Source: Paraspadella gotoi (taxonomy: Eukaryota > Animalia > Chaetognatha). Taken from it: a stretch of DNA of 40,160 bases. Below the pieces are notes generated by a model. The model saw only the letters and a program-made list of their open reading frames with translations. It was not told the DNA's origin and did not search any database. Made by a program: the position numbers and the translations under genes. The stretch covers positions 7,109,067-7,149,226 of the forward strand of contig CM119270.1 in NCBI GenBank assembly GCA_051294375.1, given 5' to 3'. Positions 10,782 through 23,804 of the stretch are shown here, piece after piece (positions within the stretch are counted from its first letter, which is position 1; each line of letters starts with the position of its first letter).

Positions 10782-13289
10782 ATGGATTTATCTTTATTGA
10801 TGTTGATTTTGAGAGTTGGTTTAAACTTGGCTGATATTATCACTGATGTCAAAACAACTATACACTTTGCGATAAGCGACTTTTACGTCGAGAATATGCT
10901 AGCAGTAGCGATGGGATGCATCATATTGATTCACATTACAGTTTCTGGTGCTATTGCTTGCTACCATCTTATCAAAAACAAACATATTTATAATTGGCTA
11001 ATAGGGAATGCAGTAAGAAAATTTGTTACCGGTCTGGGCTGTGTCTTAGGTTTGGGCAATGTCGTTCTGGAAATTGACAAGTTTTATCATGAATTTCAGT
11101 TAAGAAGATCACATAACCAAGGTCACTCTTTACCTGAAAACTCAACAAGAAAAAGGGAAAAACATCAGGACTCCGATGAACGATGTGGAAAAACTTTCTT
11201 TCATAAAACAACAGTTAATGAATTTCAATCTTTAGAAAATGAGATTTCGATGAGAGAGAGGGCAATTTTCTCTCTTGATCGTATCCATTTGCTCTTGGAA
11301 TCATTTCCTCAAATGCTTATTCAGGGATTGGCACTGCTAGTATCACTTACAAGCGGAACCAACAAAATATGCATTCCCAGAGTAATATTTGATTTCAATT
11401 TTGTGAAAAAAAGAAAGTCGCATTTGTATGAAATTGTTGGGAATAAAACAATTCATTTAAATATTTCGTGCGACTGTAATTTTGTGAAGACAAATAATCA
11501 CATGGAAGATTTTTCTTGTCAATGGCCAATCGACGATTATTGGACTATTATTTCATTTAGTCTATCTGCAGTAGGATTGGTAGCATCGGCTGCCCTGAAT
11601 CGTCAGACTAATTGGTTGGTAAATGTCTCTGGAATTTGTCAAGGTATCATTAGTGTTTTTGTTTACTTGTATTTGGTTTATTTAAGCGCCACAAAATGGT
11701 CTCTCTGGCTTGCTTGCCTGTCTCCTTTTGTATTGCTCAGAATTTTTTCTTTTACGGAAATAAAAATTCTTTTCCAAAGGATTTTACCCAATGAACAAGG
11801 CAAAGTAAACATTCTTTATGTAGAATGGTTGATCATGACTAATTGGACAATATTTATTGAATCAATTTTTTTCAACTTAGAAAAGTTATTTTTGATTGAT
11901 GACCAAATAACAGATCTGATTATCGCATCTGATTATAAGAATAAGATTTTTCCTGCTTTGCGATTTCGTTACAATGCTAAAAGTTTGGGAGTCATATGTT
12001 TCACGACAAGCGGATTAATGAACCTAAATAAATGGAAAAAGTTAAGAATTAATACAGAAAATTTTCTCTTGAAGTTCTGCGAGTCAACACGCAAGGCACC
12101 AGCAATGTTAAGAGTTGGAAATTTCAGGATTCTTGAACCAAAACATTTGTCAATTTTAATACTACTTTTAATGGATTTTTGTGCAGGGATATTTTACGTG
12201 ACCCTTTATTTTTACTTCAAAACGCGCAAAACTGAAATCATTAAGTTACTTTTGACAGCGTTATCCACTCTGATTTTTCTTGCCTCTCATTTAAACGCAA
12301 CGAGGATTCATGATAATCTCTCAAACCGACTGCAACTCTATCGCTGTCAAAGGGAGGCTGAAAGTCCTCAGTTATGCAGGCGTACATTTTTCTCTAATTC
12401 TCACGTAGACTTGATGAAATCTAAGGAACAACAGTATAGAACCTTTTGTTTCTTGTCTAATTTTACAATAACTTTTATTTTTCAAATATTGGCCTTTTGT
12501 TGGTTAGAGTTTCTTCCACGGAAAATGACGTGGAAAATATTTCAAAAACAACAAAAAACGTTTGTAGCAGTTTATTTTTTGTCGTGCTGCTTTCCATGCT
12601 TCGTCTTTTTAAACAGACAAACAGAGAAGATGAGAGAAGATCTTGTCAAAACCCTCACCGAAATCTACTTTTATTTTGGTATTAAATACTATAAGGCTCG
12701 GAAAATATCGCTTCAGAATATTTCTTACGCTTTTTTAATGGATCCATTTGAATTAGATGAAGTTTACTTGGCCGATTTTTTTTTTGACAAAATAATTTCT
12801 TTGAGAATATTTCAAGAAATTTTTTGGGTTGTTTTTGGCGTTTCCTTTTTACCCTTTTTGCTAAATCTACATAATATTCTATTAATTTTTGTAAAAAACA
12901 AAACAATTATATTTTTCGTCAAAATATTTTTTTCACTATTTGTAATTATTATATACTCCTGCAATTGTGCTCTAATAAAAATTCCTCGACATAGTCAGCT
13001 GACTTTTTACCGAAAGTTCCACAATTGGCAATTATTATTTTATCCTTACAGAAATTTAGAGTCGTTATTTTCTAGTGACACATATGCATATTCACCTTCA
13101 TTCATTACAATTAAACGAATTACGTCAGTTATCCTTTGGTACAGTCATGGAAAAAAAACAAAAAGTTTTTTCATCAAAGAATTGAATTTTTTTCTAAAAG
13201 CTCTTGATGAAGAAAGCAAAAATGGCGGCAGCATAATCAATTTAATTACGATTGTGACCACTTCTGTATTTTGTATATTATTTTATTAG
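10782..13289 (+). CDS. XK-related (Xkr family) polytopic membrane protein, 835 aa, single coding exon, probable internal tandem duplication
   Basis: Uninterrupted 2.5-kb ORF in AT-rich DNA. XK-family hallmarks in the expected order: DIITD in TM1 (aa 18-22), LLESFPQMLIQ (canonical LES.PQL.LQ; E173), then an ISFSLS helix. Many further hydrophobic helices follow. AATAAA at 13763. Confidence 0.8.
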   Translation: MDLSLLMLILRVGLNLADIITDVKTTIHFAISDFYVENMLAVAMGCIILIHITVSGAIACYHLIKNKHIYNWLIGNAVRKFVTGLGCVLGLGNVVLEIDKFYHEFQLRRSHNQGHSLPENSTRKREKHQDSDERCGKTFFHKTTVNEFQSLENEISMRERAIFSLDRIHLLLESFPQMLIQGLALLVSLTSGTNKICIPRVIFDFNFVKKRKSHLYEIVGNKTIHLNISCDCNFVKTNNHMEDFSCQWPIDDYWTIISFSLSAVGLVASAALNRQTNWLVNVSGICQGIISVFVYLYLVYLSATKWSLWLACLSPFVLLRIFSFTEIKILFQRILPNEQGKVNILYVEWLIMTNWTIFIESIFFNLEKLFLIDDQITDLIIASDYKNKIFPALRFRYNAKSLGVICFTTSGLMNLNKWKKLRINTENFLLKFCESTRKAPAMLRVGNFRILEPKHLSILILLLMDFCAGIFYVTLYFYFKTRKTEIIKLLLTALSTLIFLASHLNATRIHDNLSNRLQLYRCQREAESPQLCRRTFFSNSHVDLMKSKEQQYRTFCFLSNFTITFIFQILAFCWLEFLPRKMTWKIFQKQQKTFVAVYFLSCCFPCFVFLNRQTEKMREDLVKTLTEIYFYFGIKYYKARKISLQNISYAFLMDPFELDEVYLADFFFDKIISLRIFQEIFWVVFGVSFLPFLLNLHNILLIFVKNKTIIFFVKIFFSLFVIIIYSCNCALIKIPRHSQLTFYRKFHNWQLLFYPYRNLESLFSSDTYAYSPSFITIKRITSVILWYSHGKKTKSFFIKELNFFLKALDEESKNGGSIINLITIVTTSVFCILFY

Positions 13290-14134
13290 TTCGTACTCTT
13301 ACATTACAATCCGTTTTTAATTTATTTTTAATTTATTCATACCTATTTTTATGTAATTTATATTTCTCGTTCTTATTTTATAACTATTTCAATTTTTTAT
13401 AACCTTCGTAACATAATGTTGCTGTTAATAATGGTGTCCAAAAAATTATTGAATATATGTAATCGATGGGGAAGCGCGAATTGAAAACCAAGACCTATCT
13501 ACAATTTTAAATAATCAAAGAAAAATTGTTATCTCAAAGATTTATACACTTACAAATACATTTCTTCAGGAATTTGTTCCGTTTTTTACAACATAAAAAC
13601 AATTTCAAAATTGTTTACAAAATATTTTTTTCTTACTCTATATTTCTGTTCCTTATTTCTGTTCCTAATTTCATTTTTTTAAATTCTATTATGTTTTCGT
13701 GTCCTCAGACTTAGTATTTGTTTGTTGATTATGATTTTACTGAATTAACCATTTTGTATTCGAATAAAATCTCAGACATCTAAAAAATTATTATATGAAC
13801 TCTGATTTTTTACCTAATCTTGGCGCAAGTAAAACTATAAAGTTTCTGTTTCAACAAAGTTCGGCATTTCAGATTTGTGTAGCCATTTTATACCATTTAA
13901 TACCATAAAAAGTTTATGAAATTCAGGCATTATTTGATTTACATTTTTAGCTGTAGGAATGTCCTTAGCCCGGCTTGCCGTAAGGTGAGAGAAGGGCAAC
14001 CGATCGGCCAATCAGTTTAAAAATTTAATTATATTAATTTCTGTTTACATTGTCAAATGTGTTTCACTGTATTAATCCTGTGCTCACTGTATTTCATTAT
14101 ATTTACAAAATTACCAATTTTTCATTTGCCTTCA

Positions 14135-14209
<75 letters not shown>

Positions 14210-15294
14210 TTTCTCTCTATTTTTCCCCTTGGGCAAATCTGTAATTTTTTTTAAACATATTTTTTCGCTGATGAAGGCAACAATTTAGTTGTTTTAACTG
14301 TTTACTCGAAATATGTACGTTTTTTTTAATTAAAAAAAAAACCGATATCGTTGTTTGTGAACAAAGTTATTTATTTAATACTAGCTATTGCATCAAAAGA
14401 ATGGTTTGATTTCGTAATTTAGAATCAATTTTTGATGATGACAAATTACTATTTACCAAGTAATCAGAAATTTTCACTTTCTTCTAATTCGACTCTCCTT
14501 GTTCCTTTTTATTTAAATTTTTCACGTCAAAAACAAACGTGTAGAGCAGAATTTATTTTTAAAGTATTTATTTGGTGAGGTAGAAAAAGTCGATATAAGC
14601 GATAGATGGAAGGAAAAGTGGTTTTGAGTTGGCTATAGTAAAGAAAAAAAGAGAAGTTAAATTAAGGAAAAATGCTAGATTCGTCTCCCCTTTCCAAAGA
14701 CAGATAGACGGGAAAAAGCGGACGGATAAGCCAGAAAACCTGACAGACAGACATTCTTAAAAAAGACTAAAAAAGTTGATCTCGTAACTTATTCGACGAA
14801 GAGACGATGTCGTCAATGTCTGTTATTTTTTTTCTTTCTTGAAACCGATTAAAATAATAAAATAATAAAAAAGGCAGAGCTTTGCGTCAATCAAATCACT
14901 CGAGGTAGAAAAATGATTTTGCTTTTAATCTAACTAATAAGGATCTAAACGCGACATCGATTAAAATCACTCACTGTTTTAGACTTTTTTCTTTTTTTTC
15001 TTTTTACATTATCAGATGAAAAAAATAGTGCGGGGAGACGAATTTTGAATTTTGAATTATAATTAAAATAATCTAAAATCTCCCCTGTCTCATACAAAGC
15101 GTTGAGAAGGCTTACTAATAATATTTTTCTAATTGATTAACTTTATAGGAGGGACCGACAGAACTAGGTTTATAAATAAGTCCCCATAACACAAAGGGTG
15201 AATTGAACCGAAAGTGACCTAAGGCGACTTTTGGCAAAAGTCGCTTGTAAGATCAAAAAGAGAAAAATCTTTTAATTTCATTGATGTCATTGAT

Positions 15295-15352
<58 letters not shown>

Positions 15353-15613
15353 ATTCTCTTCTGCGTTTAATCCGTCCAATTTGGATTTTGACATCACTTT
15401 TATTTTCGTAATTTTTTCTTTCTGGACTCTTATTTTTTCCCCCAAATTTATAATTTTCTACGCGATAAATTTCTTTCACTTTTAATTGAAATAATTATAT
15501 AAGTTTTTAGCGCGAATCTGGAAAAATACTAAAAAAGTTTTTCCGACTTTATGGTGATTTGGCGGCATGGACCATTGGTGTCATGGTGCGAACTGAGTCA
15601 ACAGAAAGAAAAA

Positions 15614-15666
<53 letters not shown>

Positions 15667-17409
15667 GAATTTTATCCTCATTTTTCCTTTTCTACGACAT
15701 ATAATTTTCTCATTTCAACTTTTTTAATTTTAACAAATAACTCGGGGATTATAAACGCTTTTTTTACTTTTAACTAAAGTCTCCAAGAGTCCTATTAACT
15801 TTTTTTTAACCGTAAACTTTCGATTTTTATATTTTTTAACTTTTTCCAAAACAAAAAAAAACCGAGTCGAATATAATTTATGAGTCTGTTCTTTGAACTC
15901 GGATTTTTAGAATTCATTCATTAGCGAATGTCTATTTCGTTCCATTCAATTACGATTCGTTTCTATTTCGTTTTCGTCAACTTTTCCTTTCGTTTTTGTT
16001 CAATTTCAATTTCTATTTCTATTTCAAGCGACAACTTTGTCGTCGTTGTATAAAAAAAAAACAAAAACAACAAAAAACCATGAGCTCATTGACTCTGCCT
16101 CTGGAGACTCCTTCGATTCAAGATTTAATTCCCGGTTTTCAATAAGAATCAAAATTTTAACTCACCTCAATTTCTCTTTCGTATTACTAAGGAAATGACA
16201 GTTTTTTGTTTTTTTTTAATTCGATTAAAAAAATAAATATTCTGTTAAACAGGAACGGATAATCTTGACTTTGATTTTCTAAACTAGTTTCGGCTTTTCT
16301 CTCTCCGACGAATCGGCCGCCGCGAGATTCGTAACTGTCAAGAGACTCGAAATCGGAAAAACGATCCTCCACGTCTGGAGCTTCGTCGCCGCTCGACGTC
16401 AAACGCAAAGTCATTTCAGACGAACGCGGTCCGAGGCCTCGGATTTTGGTCTGGAAAATTTAAGCCAGTTATCATCCGTCGCGATATAACGCGGAATGAC
16501 CCCGTGTCAAACATCGGAGGCTATTTATTAGTCAAAAAATCATTTATCTTCGTTATGTTCAATATGTTGAATTTTCGGTGGAAATAAAAAAAAACCAACG
16601 GAGTGCGGCGCGCCGATTTTTGACGAAAAAAAATAAAAAAAACAAAACCAAAACGTTTTAATTAAATAATAAAAACAAATCACGGGGACCAACGGATAGA
16701 TTCTTAACGTAAAAATGTTAAAAAAAAACAAAACAACGAGAAAAGAGGCCTGGTTATGTTTGTCGATTAAGGGTGACGGCACGCTTGTGGCGCAGTGATC
16801 AAACAGCAGGAAAGTGGCGAAATCCCGATGCCATGCCTTCCAATTTACGCGTGTGTCCCGGTTAGAGACGCGACAAAGATTTCGCGCTCATTAACCGCTT
16901 TTCATCTCCTAAATTTCAAAGAACTATCAAGATCTAAAACCCGCTTGCCCCCGGCACCACCCTGCCGTCGCCCCCTTTAAAATTCCCCACAAATGATCTC
17001 GGCGAACGAACTTCTCGATTTTCCTTTTTAATTCTGCCTTCTCGAAAACTAAATGAAAAAAAAAAAATATATAGAGAACCTGATTTTGGGAAAAGGAACG
17101 ATTCCCTCGGTTCATCTGCGGAGATTAATTTCATTCGAAATTCGAACAACGAAACGAAGATTTTTATTCGCCGCTTTCGAATAAAAATGAAGAATTAATA
17201 AATTAATAATAAACGAAAAAATATATTTTTCTCCTTTTTCAAATGACCAAAAGCCAAAACGGGGCGTTTTCCCTGGCAGGACAGAGTCTTTACAGGAATT
17301 TTTGTTCCCTTATTTTTTTTCCTTTTTTTAAACCGATTAAAACCAAATTCTTTTCGGAGTCTTTTATCATTATTTAATCCCATTTATCATTTTTGTAAAA
17401 AGAGAGAAT

Positions 17410-17485
<76 letters not shown>

Positions 17486-17872
17486 GCAATCGAATTCGTT
17501 GAAAAAAAAAAATTCTCAGCGGCCAAGAGGAAGAAGATCGGGGTGAGAAATGGCTGCCACACCCCGACACTGCTGAGCCCCTCCTTTCTATCGACCCCCG
17601 CCTTCTAAAATGTCACACCTCTTGACTCTCTTCGTCTCTTTTCGCCTCCTCTTCTTCCTCCTCCTCCTTCTAATAAATCAACTCCTCAACTAATGAGGAG
17701 CCTCGGGGCGCAGTCGCCCCTTTGCTTCACCGGCTCCACCTCCTCGAGCTCCTCGTCCAGTCTCCTCCTCCTCCTGTTCCTCTTCCTCCTCCTCCTTCAT
17801 CTTCTCCTTTTCCTCCCCGGGTCTCAGTGGCGCTAACTCTCGCGCCCCCTCGCTCTCAACTTTGTGAGTCGC

Positions 17873-17989
<117 letters not shown>

Positions 17990-18778
17990 GCGCGTTGCTG
18001 AGAGGAAGATGAGGAGGAAGTGGAGGAGGAGGAAAGAGGAGGAAAGGAGGAAAGAAAACTGAGAAGAAAATTCGCTGCCTTTTTCTTATCGTCTTGATAT
18101 ATGAGTTTAAGTGAAACAAATTAAAGATTAAATTTAAAAGTTTGAAAACAAAAACTATATACTGATTTTGTATTTCGATTTAAATTCGCTTTTTTCGAAG
18201 ATAATCACTAATTTTTAATGATAACGTAATTTTAAATTTTCTACGGCTCTTTCGCTTTTTTGTTTCATTCAATTATTTCATTTTAAATTCAACGAACGAT
18301 TCACCAACACAAAAAAAATAAAAATGAGAATGATCGCGAACGAAGACGATCAAGTGACCCAAAATGGTGAGTTAGATTCAAAAACATATTTCACATACAT
18401 TGCTTATTCCATGTATAATACGTCGACAATTAATATGTTTCTAAGAAAAATACGAAAGAGCTGACAGAAGACAAACTAACTAAAAAAATGACAAAAGAAA
18501 GAAAAGCTGACAAAAGACAGTGAGAGCAATAAAGAAAAGAATGTCAAAAGAAAAACTGGGGCGAGACGAAGAAAGAAAAAGGGGGAAGGAACCAAGTTAA
18601 AAGTTTAGGAGACATTTTTTTTCTTTTTATTTTCTTTTTCTTTTTTCTTCTTTTTTTTTGAGGAAAGGGCCGGAGACATGTGTCTGCTCGTTTGAGAAAG
18701 GAGAGAACAAATGAGTTTGAAGCGAGAGAACAAATGTCTTCTTACTCTATGGGGGACGATTTTAGAGAGAGAGAGAGA

Positions 18779-18803
18779 NNNNNNNNNNNNNNNNNNNNNN
18801 NNN
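18779..18803. other. Assembly gap (25 N)
   Basis: Exactly 25 N characters. Confidence 0.99.
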
Positions 18804-18814
18804 AGAGAAGAGAG

Positions 18815-18862
<48 letters not shown>

Positions 18863-19555
18863 AGAGACGAGAGAGACGAGAGAGAGAGAGAGAGAGCACC
18901 CGTCGAATGAAAGAGCATTATTGCCAAGGGTTATCGCGTCGTCGGGAGAAACGCTGGAAAGCCTAACCGCAGCGTGGGCGTGGGTCGAACTCAAACATTT
19001 GTGGGTCGCGAATGGAATCGAGAGCGAAATGGAACCCGAAAAAAAAAGAGAAAAAAATCTTTAGGGAGAAAACAACCCACATTGGATGGAATGACCCACA
19101 AATTACGGAACATCTCTGATAAATGAACCCATAAATTTCGCCTCGAGATCGAATTATCCCGAAAAGAGGTTCGCTTCCGTGATCGATTTCACGCAAATGT
19201 GCAGCACCTATTGTGATCTAATGGCAAAGAAGTTTCGCTTCGGACTTTTATAGAAATTAAGGCGGAATCCACGGAAGAAGAAGGATCCCTCGACATCGAG
19301 GTCAAACGTTCACGTGAAATGGAAAACTCTGGTGTCGTTCAATATTCATGGGACGTGAATCCGTATCCCGTAAACGATTTCGGTCTGTGACAAAGCCAAA
19401 TTCACTCTCAACTTTTCTGAAGTGAAATTCACATTTTTTCACTTCAATACATTTTAAAAGGCGTGATTTTCAATTTAATTGATTATGTATGGCTTCATTC
19501 TCCACAACGTCACAACGCCCTCACTATCACTGACTTTCTCCCGTCTCTCTCTTTC

Positions 19556-19646
<91 letters not shown>

Positions 19647-19719
19647 ATCCTCTCTCCACCTTTCCGGTCACCCAAACCTTCCTAAAATCTTCGAAGATCC
19701 GGGTCAAAGTCCGCCGCTA

Positions 19720-19960
19720 CATTTCACGCGCCGCCTCCCATCGGCCCGCGCCTCCCCGACTCCCTGCTCCATTGGCGCCGCACGAGTCCTCCCCGGCGCC
19801 GCGGCACCAACTTTGACTGACCCGAAACGGTCGCCACTACGAAAAAATCGCCGACCGTCAGGAAGATCACGTGAAATTCTAGACGTGAAGAAAGGAGGAG
19901 AATGAAGTACGACTTCCCGGTTGGCGTGGCGGGGGGTCTGCCGCGTAGGAGTGTGCTTGA
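19720..19960. promoter_or_regulatory. GC/CpG-rich promoter-like island (second copy at about 23570-23804)
   Basis: Clustered ATTGG (inverted CCAAT, 19771), E-box CACGTG (19868), ETS-like ACTTCCGG (exact in the second copy at 23780) and GC-box-like GGCGTGGCGG. Motif matches only. Confidence 0.35.
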
Positions 19961-20729
19961 CTGAACAGTGGAAAGTGAAGTGGCCAGCGTTGGGCAATGC
20001 TGCGTGGCAGCAGAGAAAAGAAGCGTAAAGCGTTTACGGGGTATATCGGCGATAGAGAGAGAGAGAGAGGGAGAGAAGAGAGAGAGAGAGAGGAGAAGGA
20101 GAGAGGAGAGAGAGGAGGAGGAGAGAGAGAAGAGAAAGAGGAAGAGAGAGAGAGATAAACAGGTTCAATTTTTTGCTGTCGTCGTTCTCTCCCTTTTCGG
20201 CAGATTTTGAACTCAAAATTTTCGCTGGAAAAATTATTTCGTTCTTTCAATTTAACTGAAGATTTAGTTCTTAACAAATTAATATTAAAAAAAAATAAAA
20301 AACAAAACTCAAACTGTCCTCGTCCAACATGTTAATTCCAGACGCCCCCCCAAAAAGCAAAAGATGAAACAAGAATTTTCCCTTATTAAAGGCGATATGT
20401 AATGTTAACAGCGAACAAAAAAAAACCTACATCAAAAATGAGAAGATTCGCCTCGAAGTAAACTTTTTGTTTATCTCGGGTTGTTTATTTTCCGCCGTCA
20501 AATTAGCATCACGATCGGCGAGCCGCCACGCCGACGACGCCGACCCGGACGCACGACGACGACTACGACGAAGAATTCGCAGAATTTGTTTTTGCCTCCC
20601 AGTAAATACAAAACACGAGCGATTAACGGAACCGAAAAAAAGGTAAGTAATGGGTTGTTTTGGAAGAAATAAGAACTGGATAGATCCAGGCAGGTTATAT
20701 CGTGTTGTTTTCTCTCTCTCTCTCTTCTC

Positions 20730-20760
<31 letters not shown>

Positions 20761-20798
20761 TCTGCCTCTCTCTCTTCTCGGTCACACATTCCCCTTTC

Positions 20799-20831
<33 letters not shown>

Positions 20832-23589
20832 CGTCGAATGAAAGAGATTATTGCCAAGGGTTATCGGTCGTCGGGAGAAACGCTGAAAAGCCTAACCTCA
20901 GCGTGGGCGTGGGTCGAACTCAAACATTTGTGGGTCGCGAATGGAATCGAGCGAATGGAACCGAAAAAAAAGAGAAAAAAATCTTTAGGGAGAAAACAAC
21001 CCACATTTGGATGGAATGACCCACAAATTACGGAACATCTCTGATAAATTGAACCCATAAACTTTCGCCTCGAGATCGAATTATCCCGAAAAGAGGTTCG
21101 CTTCCGTGATCGATTTTCACGCAAATTGCAGCACCTATTGTGATCTAATGGCAAAGAAGTTTCGCTTCGGACTTTTATAGAAATTAAGGCGGAATCACGG
21201 GAAGAAGAAGGATCCCTCGACATCGAGGTCAAACGTTCACGTGAAAATGGAAACTCTGGTGTCGTTCAATATTCATGGGACGTGAATCCGATTCCCGTAA
21301 ACGATTTCGGTCTGACAAACCAAATTCACTCTCAATTTTCTGAAGTGAAATTCACATTTTTTCACTTCAATACATTTTAAAGCGTGATTTTCAATTTAAT
21401 TGATTATGTATGGCTTCATTCTCACAACGTCACAACGCCCTCACTATCACTGATTCTCCCGTCTCTCTCTCTCTCACTCTCTCTCTCTCTCTCTCTCTTA
21501 AGAGAGAGATAAAATTCTCAGCGGGCCAAGAGGATAGAGAGGGTAGAATGGCTGCCACCCGACAATGAGCTAGGACCCGTCTTTCTATGCCCGCCATTCT
21601 AATGTCACACCTCTTGACTCTCTTCGTCTCTTTTCGCCTCCTCTTCTTCCGTCCTCATCCTTCTAATTAATCACTCAACTAATGAGGAGCCTCGGGCGCA
21701 GTCGCCCCTTTGCTTCACCGGCTCCACCATCCTCGGCTCCTCGTCCATCTCCTCCTCCTCCTGTTCCTCTTCCTCCTCCTTCATCTTCTCCTTTTCTCCC
21801 CGGGTCTCAGTGCGCTAACTCTCGCGCCCGCTCGCTCTCAACTTTGGATGATCGCGCGACAGAGAGAGAGAGAGAGAGAGAGAAAAATTGAGAGAAGAGA
21901 GAGAGAGAGAGAGGGGCGCGCGTTGCTGAGAGGAAATTGAGGAGATAGGAAGTAGGAGGAGGAAGCGAAGGAGAAGAAAACTGAGAAGAAATTCGCTCCT
22001 TTTTCTTATCGTCTTGATATATGAGTTTAAGTGAACAAATTAAAGATTAAATTTAAAAGTTTGAAAACAAAAACTATATACTGATTTTTGTATCGATTTA
22101 AATTCGCTTTTTTCGAATGATAATCACTAATTTTTAATGATTAACGTAATTTAAAATTTTCTACGGCTCTTTCGCTTTTTTGTTTCATTCAATTATTTCA
22201 TTTTAAATCAACGAACGATTCACGCAACACAAAAAAAAATAAAAATGAGAAATGATCGCGAACGAAGACGATCAAGTGACCCAAAATGGTGAGTTAGATT
22301 TCAAAAACATATTTCACATACATTGCTTATTCCCATGTATAATACGTCGACAATTAATATGTTCTAAGAAAAATACGAAGAGCTGACAGAAGACAAACTA
22401 ACTAAAAAAATGAACAAAAAAAGAAAAGCTGACAAAAGACAGTGAGAGCAATAAAGAAAAGAATGTCAAAGAAAAACTGGGGCGAGACGAAGAAAGAAAA
22501 AGGTGGGAAGGAACCAAGTTAAAAGTTTAGGAGAACATTTTTTTTTCTTTTTATTTTCTCTTTTTCTTTTTTTCTTCTTTTTTTTTGCAGGAAAGGGAGA
22601 GAGACATGTATGTCTGCTCGTTTGAGAAAGGAGAAACAAATCGAGTTTGAAGCGAGAGAACAAATGTCTTCTTACTCTATGGGGGACGATTTTGAGAGAG
22701 AGAGAAGAGAGAGAGATGAGAGAGAGAGAGAGAGAGGAGAGACGAGAGAGAGAGAGAGAGACGAGAAGAGAGAGAGAGAGCACCGTGTCGAATGAAAGAG
22801 ATTATTGCCAAGGTTATGCGTCGTGGGAGAAACGCTGAAAAGCCTAACCCAGCGTGGGCGTGGGTCGAACTCAAACATTTGTGGGCGCGAATGGATATCG
22901 AGCGAAATGGAACCGAAAAAAAAAGAGAAAAAAATCTTTAGGGAGAAAACAACCCACATTGGATGGAATGACCCACAAATTACGGAACATCTCTGATAAA
23001 TTGAACCCATAAACTTCGCCTCGAGATCGAATTATCCGAAAAGGAGGTTCGCTTCCGTGATCGATTTTCAACACGCAAATTGCAGCACCTATTGTGATCT
23101 AATGGCAAAGAAGTTTCGCTCGGACTTTTATAGAAATTAAGGCGGAATCACGGAAGAAGAAGGATCCCTCGACATCGAGGTCCAAACGTTCACGTGAAAA
23201 TGGAAAACTCTGGTGTCGTTCAATATTCATGGACGGTGAATCCGATTCCCGTAAACGATTTCGGTCTGACAAAGCCAAATTCACTCTCAATTTTTCTGAA
23301 GTGAAATTCACATTTTTTCACTTCAATACATTTTAAAAGCGTGATTTTCAATTTAATTGATTATGTATGGCTTCATTCCACAACGTCACAACGCCCTCAC
23401 TATCAACTGATTCTCCGTCTCTCTCTTCTCTCCTCTCTCTCTCTCTCTCCTCTTCTCTCTCTCTCTCTCCTTCCTTCTCGTCTCTCCTTCTCTCTCTCTC
23501 TCTCTCTCCACCTTCCGTCACCAAACCTCCTTAAAATCTTCGAAGATCCGGGTCAAAGCTCGCGCTACATTTCACGCGCGCCTCCCATC

Positions 23590-23614
23590 NNNNNNNNNNN
23601 NNNNNNNNNNNNNN
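23590..23614. other. Assembly gap (25 N)
   Basis: Exactly 25 N characters. The other copy reads straight through this point (cctcccatc-ggcccgcg at about 19742), so the real gap length is about zero. Confidence 0.99.
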
Positions 23615-23804
23615 GGCCCGCGCCTCCCCGACTCCCTGCTCCATTGGCGCCGCACGAGGTCCTCCCCGGCGCCGGCACCAACTTTGACTGACCCCGAAAA
23701 CGGCGCCACTACGAAAAATCGCCGACCCGAGAAGATCACGTGATTCCTAGACGCTGAAGAAAGGAAGAGAATGAGTACGACTTCCGGTTGGCGTGGCGGC
23801 GGGG

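Noticed and set aside
12745-12780. DEVYLAD as an Xkr-type caspase cleavage site
   Set aside because: Not a DxxD/DEVD match and not in a C-terminal cytosolic tail.
15224-15244. Perfect hairpin gcgactttt-ggc-aaaagtcgc as a terminator or Helitron end
   Set aside because: Eukaryotic context, no U-tract and no clear CTRR terminus downstream.
18897-19545. Block B (three copies) as a protein-coding gene or gene family
   Set aside because: Frames differ between copies because of indels, plus-strand consensus frames contain stops, and no domain is recognisable. Copy number is probably artefactual.
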